Source: Candidatus Harrisonbacteria bacterium (GTDB lineage Bacteria; Patescibacteriota; Minisyncoccia; UBA6257; 1-14-0-10-44-23). From it: a stretch of 64,000 nt of DNA. Every line of letters starts with the position of its first letter. Position 1 is the first letter of the stretch. The notes below the pieces were generated by a model. The model was not told where the DNA came from, did no database searches, and was given only the letters and a program-made list of their open reading frames with translations. Made by a program: the position numbers and the translations under genes. The stretch is from positions 185,766 to 249,765 of the forward strand of contig JAHFLF010000001.1 of assembly GCA_023255625.1 (NCBI GenBank). The letters are read 5' to 3'. This document shows positions 43,758-53,958 of the stretch, piece after piece.

Positions 43758-44261
43758 ATGAAAAAACCTGTTCTATCAAATGGTTACAAGAAAATACTCC
43801 CACAAAAAAGCCGCATCGAAGGTACCGGCATTCATGCAACAAAATCTTTTAAAAGAGGCGAAACGATTTTTATATTCAACGGGGATCCTATCCACTGGGT
43901 TGTGAAGGATCAAAAAACATCTTTGGCAGGCCCCAATTGGGTCGGCTTTAAAAAAGATACCTGGATCGTAGTCAAAGCTCCGGGTATTTATCTAAATCAC
44001 TCCTGTAAACCAAATGCGGGCATCCAAGGAGCAAAAAAAATTGTCGCCCTTCGCCGAATCAAGGCCGGCGAAGAAGTTACGATTGATTACTCTATTACTG
44101 AAGAAGATCCGCTCTGGTATATGAATTGCCTGTGTGGCGAACCGGACTGCCGCAAAAAAATCCGATCTATACAAAGTCTCCCAATTGCCGCCTTCAAACG
44201 CTATCTCCCGTTCGTGCCTACATATTTTAAAAAGGTTTATTTGAAGTATACTGAAAGATAA
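43758..44261 (+). CDS. SET-domain protein (putative protein-lysine methyltransferase)
   Basis: GIYLNHSCKPNAGIQGAKKIVALRRIKAGEEVTIDY (SET motifs NHSC and ELxxDY-like) and CLCGEPDCRKKI (post-SET Cys cluster). Confidence 0.7.
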   Translation: MKKPVLSNGYKKILPQKSRIEGTGIHATKSFKRGETIFIFNGDPIHWVVKDQKTSLAGPNWVGFKKDTWIVVKAPGIYLNHSCKPNAGIQGAKKIVALRRIKAGEEVTIDYSITEEDPLWYMNCLCGEPDCRKKIRSIQSLPIAAFKRYLPFVPTYFKKVYLKYTER

Positions 44262-44436
44262 TGATTACTAAATCCTCAAAATTATTCTTTTTAGCACTCT
44301 TAATCCTCGTCTTATTTTCTGTAGCGCTTACTTTTTATAAAAAAGTTGTTCTCCACGATTTTAATTATCTTACTCCAGAAGAAGTAAAGCCTTCTACAGA
44401 ATCCCTGATATTCAACAACGAATAAAATTAATTTTT

Positions 44437-46113
44437 ATGGAAACGATTCAAGCGCTGATCGCCGCCTGCCAGTGGGATACCTCCCAATTTTTCATAATTT
44501 CCAAAAATGTTTTCGATCCTTTTATTTACTACTCTCACCTTTTACCGCTTGGCTTATCCATAATTTTAGGCGGATTCGTTTTTATAAAAAATCCGAAGTT
44601 GATGACATCCAAAATTCTTTTTTTTATAACAGTAATTTTTTCTATTTGGGTATTTTGCGATTTGGTTACCTGGGCAACAGAAAAACCGCCCATAACAATG
44701 TTTTCTTGGTCAATTTTAGTCATAATTGAACCGCTGATTTATGCTGCATGTCTTTATTTTGTCCAAATTTTTATAAACGGGAAAGACACGGAACTTTGGA
44801 ATAAAATACTGATTGGCATTCTACTGCTGCCAACTTTCCTTCTGGCCCCAACCGGCTTATCTTTGCCAGCATATGACCTGACAAATTGCGATCGCAGCGC
44901 CATCGAAGGACCGCTTGCGCAGTATGGTTATATTATTGAAATTCTCTTCACGCTCTGGATAGTAGTCATCGCCATGGAAGCATTCAAAAAGACAAAGGAT
45001 CGGGAGTCGCGTCAAAAAATCGTACTCGTAACAACCGGTATACTTTTGTTTCTGCTTACATTCTCTTGGGGTAATATTGTCGGCGCTCTTAGCTCATCCA
45101 CTGATTGGCGCCTCCCCCAATGGGGTTTATTCGGTATGCCACTTTTTATAACTCTTTTGGGATATTTAATCGTCAAATTCAAAACTTTCAATATTAAGGT
45201 TTTGGCTACTGAAGCTCTGATCTGGTCTCTTTGGATTATGATCGGCTCAATCCTGCTCATTGCAAAAACTACTCCAACAAAAATTGTTACCGGCGTTACC
45301 GAAATCCTGGCTATTATCTTCGGTATCATGCTGATCCGCAGCGTCCGCCGCGAAGTTAAACAGCGCGAACAGCTGGAGGTGCTGACCCAGGAACTGGAAA
45401 AGAAAAATATTAAGCTCAAAGAACTTGACGAGCAGAAGAGTCAGTTTCTATCCTTCGCCAGCCACGACTTAAAATCACCGATGAATATTATCAAGCAGTT
45501 TTCTGCCCTGATAATTGATAAAACTTATGCCGCGCCGGAAAAAATCATGGAGACGGTTGTAAAAATAAGAAATAATGCCGAACGAGGCATCCGATTGGTT
45601 GATGACTTTTTGGATATTCGTAAGATCGAGGAGGGCAAAATGGAATATAATTTCGAGAAGAAAAACTTGGTCGTGGTTGTTCGCGAACTAGTTGAAGAGT
45701 TCCGCGTGCTGGCAATGGAGCAAAAGAAAATCGATGTCAGTTTTACCAGCAATCAGCAGAAAATTCCGGCGATGCTTGATGTGAATCGGTTTAATCAGGT
45801 CATTCAAAACCTCCTTTCCAATTCCCTGAAATATACTGAAGCCGGCACTATTCAGGTTGATATTGTCGAGGAACAAAATTCTGCATTAATTACTGTAAAA
45901 GATACCGGCATTGGAATTAGCAGCGAGGTTCTGCCAACTCTTTTTGAACAATTCCGCCGGGCCCCGGGAGTCGCGAAAAAAATCCAAGGCGTTGGTTTGG
46001 GACTATATATTTCCAAACAGATTGTACTTGGTCATGGCGGAGAAATTTGGGTTAGTTCCGAGGGGGCCGGGCATGGATCTACATTTTCCGTCAGAATTAA
46101 AAAAGCGGCCTGA
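44437..46113 (+). CDS. Membrane-bound sensor histidine kinase (multi-TM sensor, HisKA, HATPase_c)
   Basis: About 8 TM helices, coiled-coil, H-box LSFASHDLKSPMN, N/G-boxes LLSNSLKYT, DTGIGIS, GVGLGLYISKQIV. Confidence 0.8.
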   Translation: METIQALIAACQWDTSQFFIISKNVFDPFIYYSHLLPLGLSIILGGFVFIKNPKLMTSKILFFITVIFSIWVFCDLVTWATEKPPITMFSWSILVIIEPLIYAACLYFVQIFINGKDTELWNKILIGILLLPTFLLAPTGLSLPAYDLTNCDRSAIEGPLAQYGYIIEILFTLWIVVIAMEAFKKTKDRESRQKIVLVTTGILLFLLTFSWGNIVGALSSSTDWRLPQWGLFGMPLFITLLGYLIVKFKTFNIKVLATEALIWSLWIMIGSILLIAKTTPTKIVTGVTEILAIIFGIMLIRSVRREVKQREQLEVLTQELEKKNIKLKELDEQKSQFLSFASHDLKSPMNIIKQFSALIIDKTYAAPEKIMETVVKIRNNAERGIRLVDDFLDIRKIEEGKMEYNFEKKNLVVVVRELVEEFRVLAMEQKKIDVSFTSNQQKIPAMLDVNRFNQVIQNLLSNSLKYTEAGTIQVDIVEEQNSALITVKDTGIGISSEVLPTLFEQFRRAPGVAKKIQGVGLGLYISKQIVLGHGGEIWVSSEGAGHGSTFSVRIKKAA

Positions 46114-46124
46114 ATCAGCACCCG

Positions 46125-46215
46125 TCGACTTCGGTATGACGCGGCGCTGCAGCTCATAGGGAGCACTAAAAGGTATCCGTGCTCATCTTGAGCGGCAGTG
46201 CCGCGTCATGCAAGC
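46125..46215 (+). terminator. Large nested inverted repeat between kinase and receiver genes (terminator/processing structure)
   Basis: atgacgcggcgctgcagctcat...(gagcac/gtgctc inner hairpin)...atcttgagcggcagtgccgcgtcat. Followed by extended -10 TGcTATAAT at ~46228-46240. Confidence 0.45.
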
Positions 46216-46261
46216 GCTTTCTTAAATAGCCGGTTGTGCTATAATCTGCGGAAACAAGGAT

Positions 46262-46645
46262 ATGCCAACTGATGAAAAGAAAAAAATCCTGCTTGCCGAG
46301 GATGATGAATTTCTCTCCACCTTGCTTAAAACCCGACTTGAACGCGAGGGCTTTGTAATCACGATCGTCAGAAGCGGCGATGAGGTCATCCCCACTCTGA
46401 AACTAGTGAAGCCGGATCTGATGTTGCTAGACATTATTTTGCCCGGAAAAAGCGGCCACGAAATTTTGGATAATCTGATCAAGGCAGAGACAAAAATTCC
46501 GCCCTTCATGGTTCTTTCCAATCTTGGCCAGGAAGAAGATATAAAAAGGGCGACACAATTCGGGGCTATTGAATATTTTGTAAAATCCCATACAGCGCTC
46601 GATGACCTGGTAAAGAAAATTGCGGAGTTTTTGAAAAAATCCTAA
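46262..46645 (+). CDS. Stand-alone response regulator receiver domain protein
   Basis: KILLAEDDEFL...LMLLDIILPGKSG...FMVLSNLG. Third receiver-only protein in the window. Confidence 0.75.
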   Translation: MPTDEKKKILLAEDDEFLSTLLKTRLEREGFVITIVRSGDEVIPTLKLVKPDLMLLDIILPGKSGHEILDNLIKAETKIPPFMVLSNLGQEEDIKRATQFGAIEYFVKSHTALDDLVKKIAEFLKKS

Positions 46646-46812
46646 ATTGGGCTTGGATATAAGTTATCCACAAGCTGGGCAATCTACAGCGATTGGTATT
46701 TAGGGTATTATTATGTCAGTTGAAATGCGGTACTTATCTTGTTCGCTATTTAAAAAGCGCAAGAAGTTTCGTAATTATTAAAAATAGGTCTTAATTAAAA
46801 ACATTTATTTAT

Positions 46813-47418
46813 ATGCAGACGCAGAATAAAAAAGGGTTCACTTTGATCGAGTTGCTCATCGTGATCGGAATTCTCGCAGTTTTGGCCACTGTAACAGTCT
46901 TAGTCTTAAACCCGGCTGAACTCTTCCGGCAGGCCCGCGACAGTCAGCGACTCTCGGATTTGGGATCGCTGAAAGGTGCTCTGGCTCTTTATTTGACAAC
47001 TGCCAGCACTCCTGACCTTTCTGGAGGTACTTTCAGCTGTGCCACAAATTTTGGCGCGGACAAAGCTGCTCTTGCCTCAACCGCTTTTGCAGGTGGTGCG
47101 GCTTCAGCATATACACTCAAGACCAGCGCAGCTACAACCTCGATTACTGGCACCGGCTGGGTTCCGGTTGACTTCAATGGTATGAATGGCGGCTCTCCAT
47201 TATCTGTTTTGCCGCGCGATCCGAATGTTGGTGATGCAACCACCTACTACGCTTATGCCTGCAGCGAAATATCTGGGGCGACCAACTTGACATTTGAACT
47301 GAATGCCAAAATGGAGTCCACTCGTTACACAACCGCTCCTGACGATGTAATTACCACTGACGGTGGCAACCAGGCGGCTCGCTACGAAACCGGCACTTAT
47401 CCGGCTTTGGCCCTTTAA
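46813..47418 (+). CDS. Type IV pilin (prepilin-type N-terminal cleavage/methylation domain)
   Basis: MQTQNKKGFTLIELLIVIGILAVLATVTVLVL has the class III signal with G-F-T-L-I-E. 201 aa. Tandem paralog follows. Confidence 0.8.
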   Translation: MQTQNKKGFTLIELLIVIGILAVLATVTVLVLNPAELFRQARDSQRLSDLGSLKGALALYLTTASTPDLSGGTFSCATNFGADKAALASTAFAGGAASAYTLKTSAATTSITGTGWVPVDFNGMNGGSPLSVLPRDPNVGDATTYYAYACSEISGATNLTFELNAKMESTRYTTAPDDVITTDGGNQAARYETGTYPALAL

Positions 47419-47459
47419 ATCTGCTGATTTCCCTAATTAACGGTTATATTATCTAAATT

Positions 47460-48065
47460 ATGCAGACGCAGAATAAAAAAGGGTTCACTTTGATCGAGTT
47501 GCTCATCGTGATCGGAATTCTCGCAGTTTTGGCCACTGTAACAGTCTTAGTCTTAAACCCGGCTGAACTCTTCCGGCAGGCCCGCGACAGTCAGCGACTC
47601 TCGGATTTGGGATCGCTGAAAAGCGCCTTGGCTCTTTATTTAACCACTGCCAGCACTCCTGACCTCTCTGGCGGAACTTTTAGCTGCGCCACAAATTTTG
47701 GCTCTGACAAGGCCGCTTCTGCCGCCACGGCATTTGCAGGAGGTGCGGCTTCAGCATATACACTCAAGACCAGCTCTGGCACTTCTACGATCACTGGAAC
47801 TGGCTGGGTACCAGTCAACTTCAGCGGAATGACTGTTGGATCCCCTTTGTCTGTCCTGCCAACCGATCCGAATGTCAGTGATGCAACCACCTACTACGCT
47901 TATGCCTGCAGCGAAATATCTGGAGCGACCAATTTTACATTCGAACTGAATGCCAAGATGGAGTCTACCCGTTACACAACCGCTCCGGACGATGTAATTA
48001 CGACTGACGGTGGTAACCAGGCGTTGCGCTACGAGACAGGTACTTATCCGGCCTTGGCTCTGTAA
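47460..48065 (+). CDS. Type IV pilin, tandem paralog (about 90 percent identical; first ~160 nt identical)
   Basis: Same N-terminal 55 aa. Divergence is concentrated in the C-terminal globular region. Confidence 0.8.
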   Translation: MQTQNKKGFTLIELLIVIGILAVLATVTVLVLNPAELFRQARDSQRLSDLGSLKSALALYLTTASTPDLSGGTFSCATNFGSDKAASAATAFAGGAASAYTLKTSSGTSTITGTGWVPVNFSGMTVGSPLSVLPTDPNVSDATTYYAYACSEISGATNFTFELNAKMESTRYTTAPDDVITTDGGNQALRYETGTYPALAL

Positions 48066-48073
48066 CATTTCGG

Positions 48074-48664
48074 ATGACGAAGTCCATTCTCGACATCGTC
48101 ACTCTGATACTGCTTTGTTCCCTAATGGGGGCGCACTACCTGCGTCCCCTTTTGGTTAAAAAACGCGCCGCATTAAATGCCGCCATCATTGGTTCGATTT
48201 TTCTTACTCTGTTTATTTTAATCGCAACTGACTACGGAAAAATATACTACAGCCCGCCGCCACTGCGTTATTTGCTACCCCCATATATTCCAGTCTCCTC
48301 ATATCTTTCCACTGTCTGGCTGCGAATTCTTGCGCCATACACATTTTCTTTAGTTCTTAGCTGCCTGGTTTATCTAATACTTACCCGAATAAAATTCTTT
48401 ACTGATCGGCTCTTTGAGCATGAAGCATTTTTTATCGCCACGGCAATCTTTTTAATGCGCCATCCTTACTGGATTGCTTATCTTCCGTCTCTGTTACTGT
48501 TAGGGGTCTTAGCTGGCTGCTACGGAACCATCCGGCATGGCAAAACATACCGTTTTTCCCTTTATCATCTCTGGCTGCCGAGCGCTATCTTGGCAGTACT
48601 GCTTTTTCCAATTTTGCAGACTATTCCTTTTTTTAATACGCTCGGCTTCCCGAATCTGTACTAG
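48074..48664 (+). CDS. Hypothetical membrane protein (6 TM) within the pilus locus; prepilin-peptidase-like role possible but not supported by motifs
   Basis: 196 aa, hydrophobic. Positioned between the pilins and pilB. Confidence 0.4.
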   Translation: MTKSILDIVTLILLCSLMGAHYLRPLLVKKRAALNAAIIGSIFLTLFILIATDYGKIYYSPPPLRYLLPPYIPVSSYLSTVWLRILAPYTFSLVLSCLVYLILTRIKFFTDRLFEHEAFFIATAIFLMRHPYWIAYLPSLLLLGVLAGCYGTIRHGKTYRFSLYHLWLPSAILAVLLFPILQTIPFFNTLGFPNLY

Positions 48665-48784
48665 GATAAAGGGATTAGAGGGATTAGCCGTGGTATACTT
48701 TCAAAAAGCCGTTCTTTAATCTATAGCGCTAGAAGCTTCTAGCAACTTCTAGCCGCTTCTATCACATCTAATCCCTCTATCCCC
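48664..48784. repeat. Repeat family R5 (CTAGAAGC/GCTTCTAGCAACTTCTA palindromic units), copy 1, with embedded extended -10 TGGTATACT
   Basis: gggattagagggattagc...gctagaagcttctagcaacttctagccgcttcta...ctaatccctctatcccc. Outer inverted repeat plus a 16-nt perfect palindrome gctagaagcttctagc. Confidence 0.6.
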
Positions 48785-50494
48785 ATGGTTGAACTCCCGC
48801 TAGAAAGACTGAAAAAAATACTCATCGAAGATGGCATCGTCACCGATGCGCGCTTTGAAGAATTAGTCGGAGACTCGATGCGAATCGGCCAGGGAGTTGC
48901 GTCGCTACTCATCAGTAAAAATATAATTACTGATGAGTACTACATGAACCTGCTTTCCAGGTTTTATGGCGTACCGATAGCCACGCTAGACCCGGGCAGC
49001 GCCAACGAAGAGTCATTAAGGATGCTCACTGAAGATTTTGCCAGAGAGAAAAAGGTGGCTATTTTCAAGAAAGAGCCAAATGGCTCGCTGGATGTAGCAA
49101 TGGAGGACCCGAGCGACCTGACCACTATTGAATATCTGCAGACTAAATTCCAGCAAAAAGTAATCCCCTTCCTGGTCTCCTCGGCCAGTCTGGCCAGAAT
49201 CTTTGCCTTTTACGGCAAAGAGCAGGTTGAAGGATTTCGAAAAATAATTCAAGACAATATCGGTGCCTCGCTGCAATTAACGGGCAAGAAAGCGGCCGAG
49301 GCGGCCGTTCAGGTGCCAATTATTGCGATTACCGACAATATCATCTCTTATGCTGTCTCTCTGCGCGCTTCAGACATTCACATTGAAGCCCTGGAAAGAG
49401 AAATTCTGATCCGATACCGCGTTGACGGAATTTTACACGAAATAATCCGTATCCAAAAAGAAATCCATCCGGCCATTGTTGCCCGTTTTAAAATTCTCGC
49501 GGGTATGAAACTAGACGAGCACACGAATCCGCAGGACGGAAGATTCCGCTACAAGATTGGCACAGAAAATGTCGACATCCGTGTTTCCATTCTCCCGACC
49601 TTATACGGCGAAAAGGTTGAGTTGCGTTTGCTGACCAGCGCCGGGCACATTCTTTCCTTCGAAGAACTGGGAATGTCGCCGGAGATCATTAAGTCGCTCA
49701 CTGATAATGTTACAAAAAGTTACGGAATCGTCCTTGTTACGGGGCCAACCGGATCCGGTAAAAGCACCACATTGTATTCAATCTTGAATCTAATCAATCG
49801 GCCGGAGGTAAATGTTATTACGGTTGAAGACCCTGTCGAATATGATATTAAATATGTTAATCAAACCCAGATCAACGAGCAGGCCGGCACCACCTTCGCC
49901 TCGGCGCTGCGGGCAATTTTGCGGCAAGACCCAAATGTCATCATGGTTGGTGAAATCCGAGACGAAGAAACCGCCGAGATCTCTGTGCATGCGGCTCTGA
50001 CCGGCCACATGGTTCTCTCTTCGCTACACACCAACGATGCGCCGACAGCAATCCCCCGCATGTTCGATATGCATGTCGCTCCATTTCTCCTTTCTGCTGT
50101 CTTAAACGCAGTCCTCGCCCAACGACTCGTACGCAGAATTTGCTATGACTGCTTGTATTCATACCCAACCCCGATTGAAATCAAAAGAGTGATTGAGGGA
50201 GAGATAAAAGATTTGGGACTAGCCCTTGATGTACAAGTCCCAAAAACTCTTTTTAAGGGCAAAGGATGCCCAAATTGCGGACACACCGGCTATCGTGGTC
50301 GAATGGGTATTTACGAACTCTTAAAAATTACCGAAGAATTACGAACTTATATTGTCGGCGACAACTTTACGCTAGAAAAACTTCGGCAACTGGCCCGTTC
50401 CGGCGGCATGCAAACCATGTTCGAAGATGGTCTGCTCAAAGCCGGGCAGGGTAAAACAACGATTGAGGAGGTGCTTCGCGTGATTCGTGAATAA
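48785..50494 (+). CDS. pilB: Type IV pilus assembly ATPase PilB (GspE family)
   Basis: N-terminal GSPII_E domain, Walker A VTGPTGSGKSTT, Asp box, Walker B IMVGEIRDEETA, His box LSSLHTND, tetracysteine CYDCL...CPNCG. Confidence 0.9.
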   Translation: MVELPLERLKKILIEDGIVTDARFEELVGDSMRIGQGVASLLISKNIITDEYYMNLLSRFYGVPIATLDPGSANEESLRMLTEDFAREKKVAIFKKEPNGSLDVAMEDPSDLTTIEYLQTKFQQKVIPFLVSSASLARIFAFYGKEQVEGFRKIIQDNIGASLQLTGKKAAEAAVQVPIIAITDNIISYAVSLRASDIHIEALEREILIRYRVDGILHEIIRIQKEIHPAIVARFKILAGMKLDEHTNPQDGRFRYKIGTENVDIRVSILPTLYGEKVELRLLTSAGHILSFEELGMSPEIIKSLTDNVTKSYGIVLVTGPTGSGKSTTLYSILNLINRPEVNVITVEDPVEYDIKYVNQTQINEQAGTTFASALRAILRQDPNVIMVGEIRDEETAEISVHAALTGHMVLSSLHTNDAPTAIPRMFDMHVAPFLLSAVLNAVLAQRLVRRICYDCLYSYPTPIEIKRVIEGEIKDLGLALDVQVPKTLFKGKGCPNCGHTGYRGRMGIYELLKITEELRTYIVGDNFTLEKLRQLARSGGMQTMFEDGLLKAGQGKTTIEEVLRVIRE

Positions 50495-50614
50495 TCGAGA
50501 GCTACGAATAACGAATCATTTCGCGAAAGTACGAATTGACTACTTGAATTATCTGATATACTTAGCAGTAGGTTTTGTTCGTACTTTCGTAAAACATTCG
50601 TAATTCGTAGATCT

Positions 50615-51826
50615 ATGCTATTCCACTACACTGCCACTACAGCCGATAACCACACTATCGAAGGCAACCAGGAGGCGCAAAGCACCGCCGAACTGCTCGC
50701 ACTTCTATCCAGCCGCAACCTGAAACCAATTACCGTCAAACAGGTAAAAGAGGCGGAGCGGCGCAGCAATCACAGTGGGCTTTTGCATACTGCTATCACG
50801 GTCAACGATAAAATCTTTTTGACAAAATACCTGTCGATCATGCTCAAGGTCGGCATTGATCTTTTCCAGGCGATCAATATTTTGATTAGCGATTTTAAAC
50901 AACCCGGACTGCGCGCGTTACTGACTGAAACCAGAGAGAGCTTGGAGGCCGGCCGACCTTTCTATAGCACCTTTGCAAATTATCCCCGGTACTTTTCAAA
51001 TGTCTTCGTAAACTTAGTTAAAGCCGGAGAGGCCTCCGGAAATTTGGACAATGTCTTTGACACGCTCTCATTAAACTTCGCCAAAGAAAAAGAACTCCGG
51101 GGTAAAATCCGGGCCGCGCTAGTTTATCCAATGATGCTTTTCGCTCTCTCTATCTTGATTCTTTTAGGACTTGTAACTTTCGCACTGCCTAAACTGGCCA
51201 ATGTGTTTACCGGTAGCGGTTTTAACCCTCCGGCATTTAGTCGAATTGTTTTCGGCGTCGGCGGATTTGTTAATTCTTATATCTGGGTGATTTTGGGCGG
51301 GGGTATCTTAATCGTCATCGGTCTCATCGTTGCCAGTCGCACATCCTCTGGACTAGCCATGCTGAATCGCATACTGCTCGCAACGCCAATCATCAAAAAT
51401 ATAAAATACAATTTGGCGATTCAAAGGTTTGCCAGCACTCTTTCTTCGCTTCTAAAAGCCGGCGTGCCGATTCTCGAGGCGCTGCGGATTACTGCGGATA
51501 CAGTCGGACATCCGGACTTGCAAGCAAGTTTAGAGCGGATTGCAAATCAGGGACTGGCGCACGGCTTAACGCTGGGCGATGCATTCCGTAGGGAAACCTC
51601 TTTTCCGGCCGTTGTTACCAACCTGGTTGCCATCTCTGAAAAAGCCGGCCACCTGGATGAAATTTTAGAAACTCTCTCTCGTTTCTATGAAAGCGAAATT
51701 GATTCTGCAATTAAAAACTCGATAACTTTTATCGAGCCAATCCTGCTGCTCATCATTGGTGTCGTAATTGGAACAATCGCCCTCGCCATCATCGTGCCAA
51801 TCTATCAGCTCGTCGGCAAGTTCTAA
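50615..51826 (+). CDS. pilC: Type IV pilus inner-membrane platform protein PilC (GspF family)
   Basis: Two GspF repeats (LSIMLKVGIDLFQAINIL... and LSSLLKAGVPILEALRITADTVG...), 3 TM segments. Confidence 0.85.
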   Translation: MLFHYTATTADNHTIEGNQEAQSTAELLALLSSRNLKPITVKQVKEAERRSNHSGLLHTAITVNDKIFLTKYLSIMLKVGIDLFQAINILISDFKQPGLRALLTETRESLEAGRPFYSTFANYPRYFSNVFVNLVKAGEASGNLDNVFDTLSLNFAKEKELRGKIRAALVYPMMLFALSILILLGLVTFALPKLANVFTGSGFNPPAFSRIVFGVGGFVNSYIWVILGGGILIVIGLIVASRTSSGLAMLNRILLATPIIKNIKYNLAIQRFASTLSSLLKAGVPILEALRITADTVGHPDLQASLERIANQGLAHGLTLGDAFRRETSFPAVVTNLVAISEKAGHLDEILETLSRFYESEIDSAIKNSITFIEPILLLIIGVVIGTIALAIIVPIYQLVGKF

Positions 51827-51840
51827 CCGTATTCGCCAAC

Positions 51841-52407
51841 ATGCGAGTTCAAACCGAGACACTAAAAAAACGACATTGTTTTTATTCGCGTATTTGCGTA
51901 AATTCGCATGTTCGCGATTACTGCCGAGGATTCAGTCTAATCGAGATGCTGATCGTCATCGGCATCATCGCAATAGTTGGAACCGGCGGTGCGCTATACC
52001 TGGGCAATAATGATCCGGGCATTCGGCTTGAGAGAACAACCAGCCGAGTTGTAACTTTTATTCGAAATGCCCAGCAAAAGGCAACAAATCAGGAAGAAAA
52101 TGTTCGCTGGGGCGTCTATGTTGATAACCTGGACTCAAGCCAGCCGACATTGTCCATTTTCAAAGTTGTTGAAGAACTTGCTGCTGATCCTGACCACGAC
52201 GGAATTGATGGACTCTCGATGGAGCGGATCATCCTCTCCGGCAACCTACAGCTGCTGACACCTGCGAGCGGAACATCTTCAGATATTCTTTTTGCAAAAG
52301 GAACTGGTCTGCCGGAAACCCCAAGAACAATTGTGATTGCAACTGCTGACAGCCAAATCCAAAAAACAATCAGTATTGACGGAAACGGCCGCATCGACAG
52401 CCAATAA
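51841..52407 (+). CDS. Prepilin-type N-terminal domain protein (minor pilin/pseudopilin-like); start uncertain
   Basis: GFSLIEMLIVIGIIAIVGTGGALYL is the class III signal core. The unusually long leader if ATG 51841 is used suggests an unrecognised downstream start. Confidence 0.55.
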   Translation: MRVQTETLKKRHCFYSRICVNSHVRDYCRGFSLIEMLIVIGIIAIVGTGGALYLGNNDPGIRLERTTSRVVTFIRNAQQKATNQEENVRWGVYVDNLDSSQPTLSIFKVVEELAADPDHDGIDGLSMERIILSGNLQLLTPASGTSSDILFAKGTGLPETPRTIVIATADSQIQKTISIDGNGRIDSQ

Positions 52408-52446
52408 TAACTCCCGACTTGCCAAGCTATAGGGTATACTTATGCC

Positions 52447-53958
52447 ATGGACCGCTTCTCTCATCGTGGTCAATCGCTTATTGAACTGGTCGTTGCCATC
52501 GGCATCGGCATTCTTTTAATTGTTGGCGCTATAGGCGCGCTCACTGTTTCATTACGGCTGGAGAGCCAGAGCTCTCACAGCCAGCCGGCTCTGGAACTCG
52601 CCGGTGAACTATCGCAGCGGCTGCACACTATCGCAAATAATGACTGGCATGCCCTGGATGGAATTGCAACCAGCAGCCAATCAGTAACCAATCAATATAA
52701 AATCTCGACCACCACCACTTTTTATGCGATTGCGCCCGGCTACACTAATGTAACCCTAAATGCGATCACCTATCGGCAATATTTCCTGCTAGAAGATGTA
52801 TTTCGAGATGCCAGCGATAGCTTGGTGAGCTCGGGCGGAATTTTCGATCCCTCAACTCGCAAAGTAACCCTCGTAGCAGAGTGGGACGAGTATGGCCAAA
52901 CGAGCGATGTCCGCTTTGTCTCGTATCTTACCAGAATTCGTAATCGCCTTTGGACGCAGACTAACTGGGCGGGCGGCCCTGGCTTAAACGGCCCCAGCCC
53001 CAACCCAGGCCCGAATTTCGCCAGCGAAACCAATATTAAATATGATTCTGCGGGTGAGATAACAATCAACGATTTAACTGCAAATCTGGCCGCCACTAGT
53101 GGCAACGGCATTGACCCTGTCTATCGCTATGCCCGCAATGATGTTATCGGTTGGCTAGACTTCGGCGCCTACAACAATGTAACTTTTGCGCCAAATTCCT
53201 CGGCAACATACTATGGCTCAAGTTCAGTTGGTTATATTGCCCTCGACTGCGCCACATCTCCCGGGGGCAACATTTGTGAAATCTCACCCTTTGGCGTTAA
53301 AGAAAATGGTAGTGGAATTCTTTCCGGATTTGGCTGGAATGATACAATCGGCTGGATCAGCTTCAATTGTGATCACACCGGAGATGTTATCAGCCAAAAC
53401 AACTGCGCGAGTCAGGGTGGCTTTGACTATAATGTCAGCATTGACCAGACAACCGGATTTTTCTATGGCTGGGCCTGGAACGATGCAGTGGGCTGGATCA
53501 GCTTCAATTGCGATCATAAGACCGACGGTACCTTACAACCGGAAAATCTGAACATTTGCTCGACTAGCCGTGGCGGAACCAATCAATCTGATTATGCCGT
53601 AAAAACCGGCGCCTCTACTGTTTCAACTGCCAATCTTGTCTCAACGATTTTAGATACAACTAGAGCGCCCGGTGTCTCAATAAATTCCTTGACTTGGAAT
53701 GGCACTCAACCGGTGGGTACAAATGTCCTATTCCAGATAGCCACCGGCAATGATGCGGGGAATATGCCAGGATTTGTCGGCCCGGATGGAACGGCCAATA
53801 CCTTTTACCGGCCAATCGCCCCCGGACTCCTAATGAAAATTAATAAAGCAAATCATCCGGACGCACAATATTTGCGCTACATGATCTTTCTTGAATCAGA
53901 CCCTTCGCAAACCAATGCGCCGACGGTTCAAGATATACAAATAAACTATACGCTCTGA
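52447..53958 (+). CDS. Large minor pilin-like protein (prepilin N-terminus plus about 450-aa beta-rich domain with GWISFNCDH repeats)
   Basis: GQSLIELVVAIGIGILLIVGAIGAL. Internal repeats IGWISFNCDHTGD / VGWISFNCDHKTD. Confidence 0.6.
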   Translation: MDRFSHRGQSLIELVVAIGIGILLIVGAIGALTVSLRLESQSSHSQPALELAGELSQRLHTIANNDWHALDGIATSSQSVTNQYKISTTTTFYAIAPGYTNVTLNAITYRQYFLLEDVFRDASDSLVSSGGIFDPSTRKVTLVAEWDEYGQTSDVRFVSYLTRIRNRLWTQTNWAGGPGLNGPSPNPGPNFASETNIKYDSAGEITINDLTANLAATSGNGIDPVYRYARNDVIGWLDFGAYNNVTFAPNSSATYYGSSSVGYIALDCATSPGGNICEISPFGVKENGSGILSGFGWNDTIGWISFNCDHTGDVISQNNCASQGGFDYNVSIDQTTGFFYGWAWNDAVGWISFNCDHKTDGTLQPENLNICSTSRGGTNQSDYAVKTGASTVSTANLVSTILDTTRAPGVSINSLTWNGTQPVGTNVLFQIATGNDAGNMPGFVGPDGTANTFYRPIAPGLLMKINKANHPDAQYLRYMIFLESDPSQTNAPTVQDIQINYTL

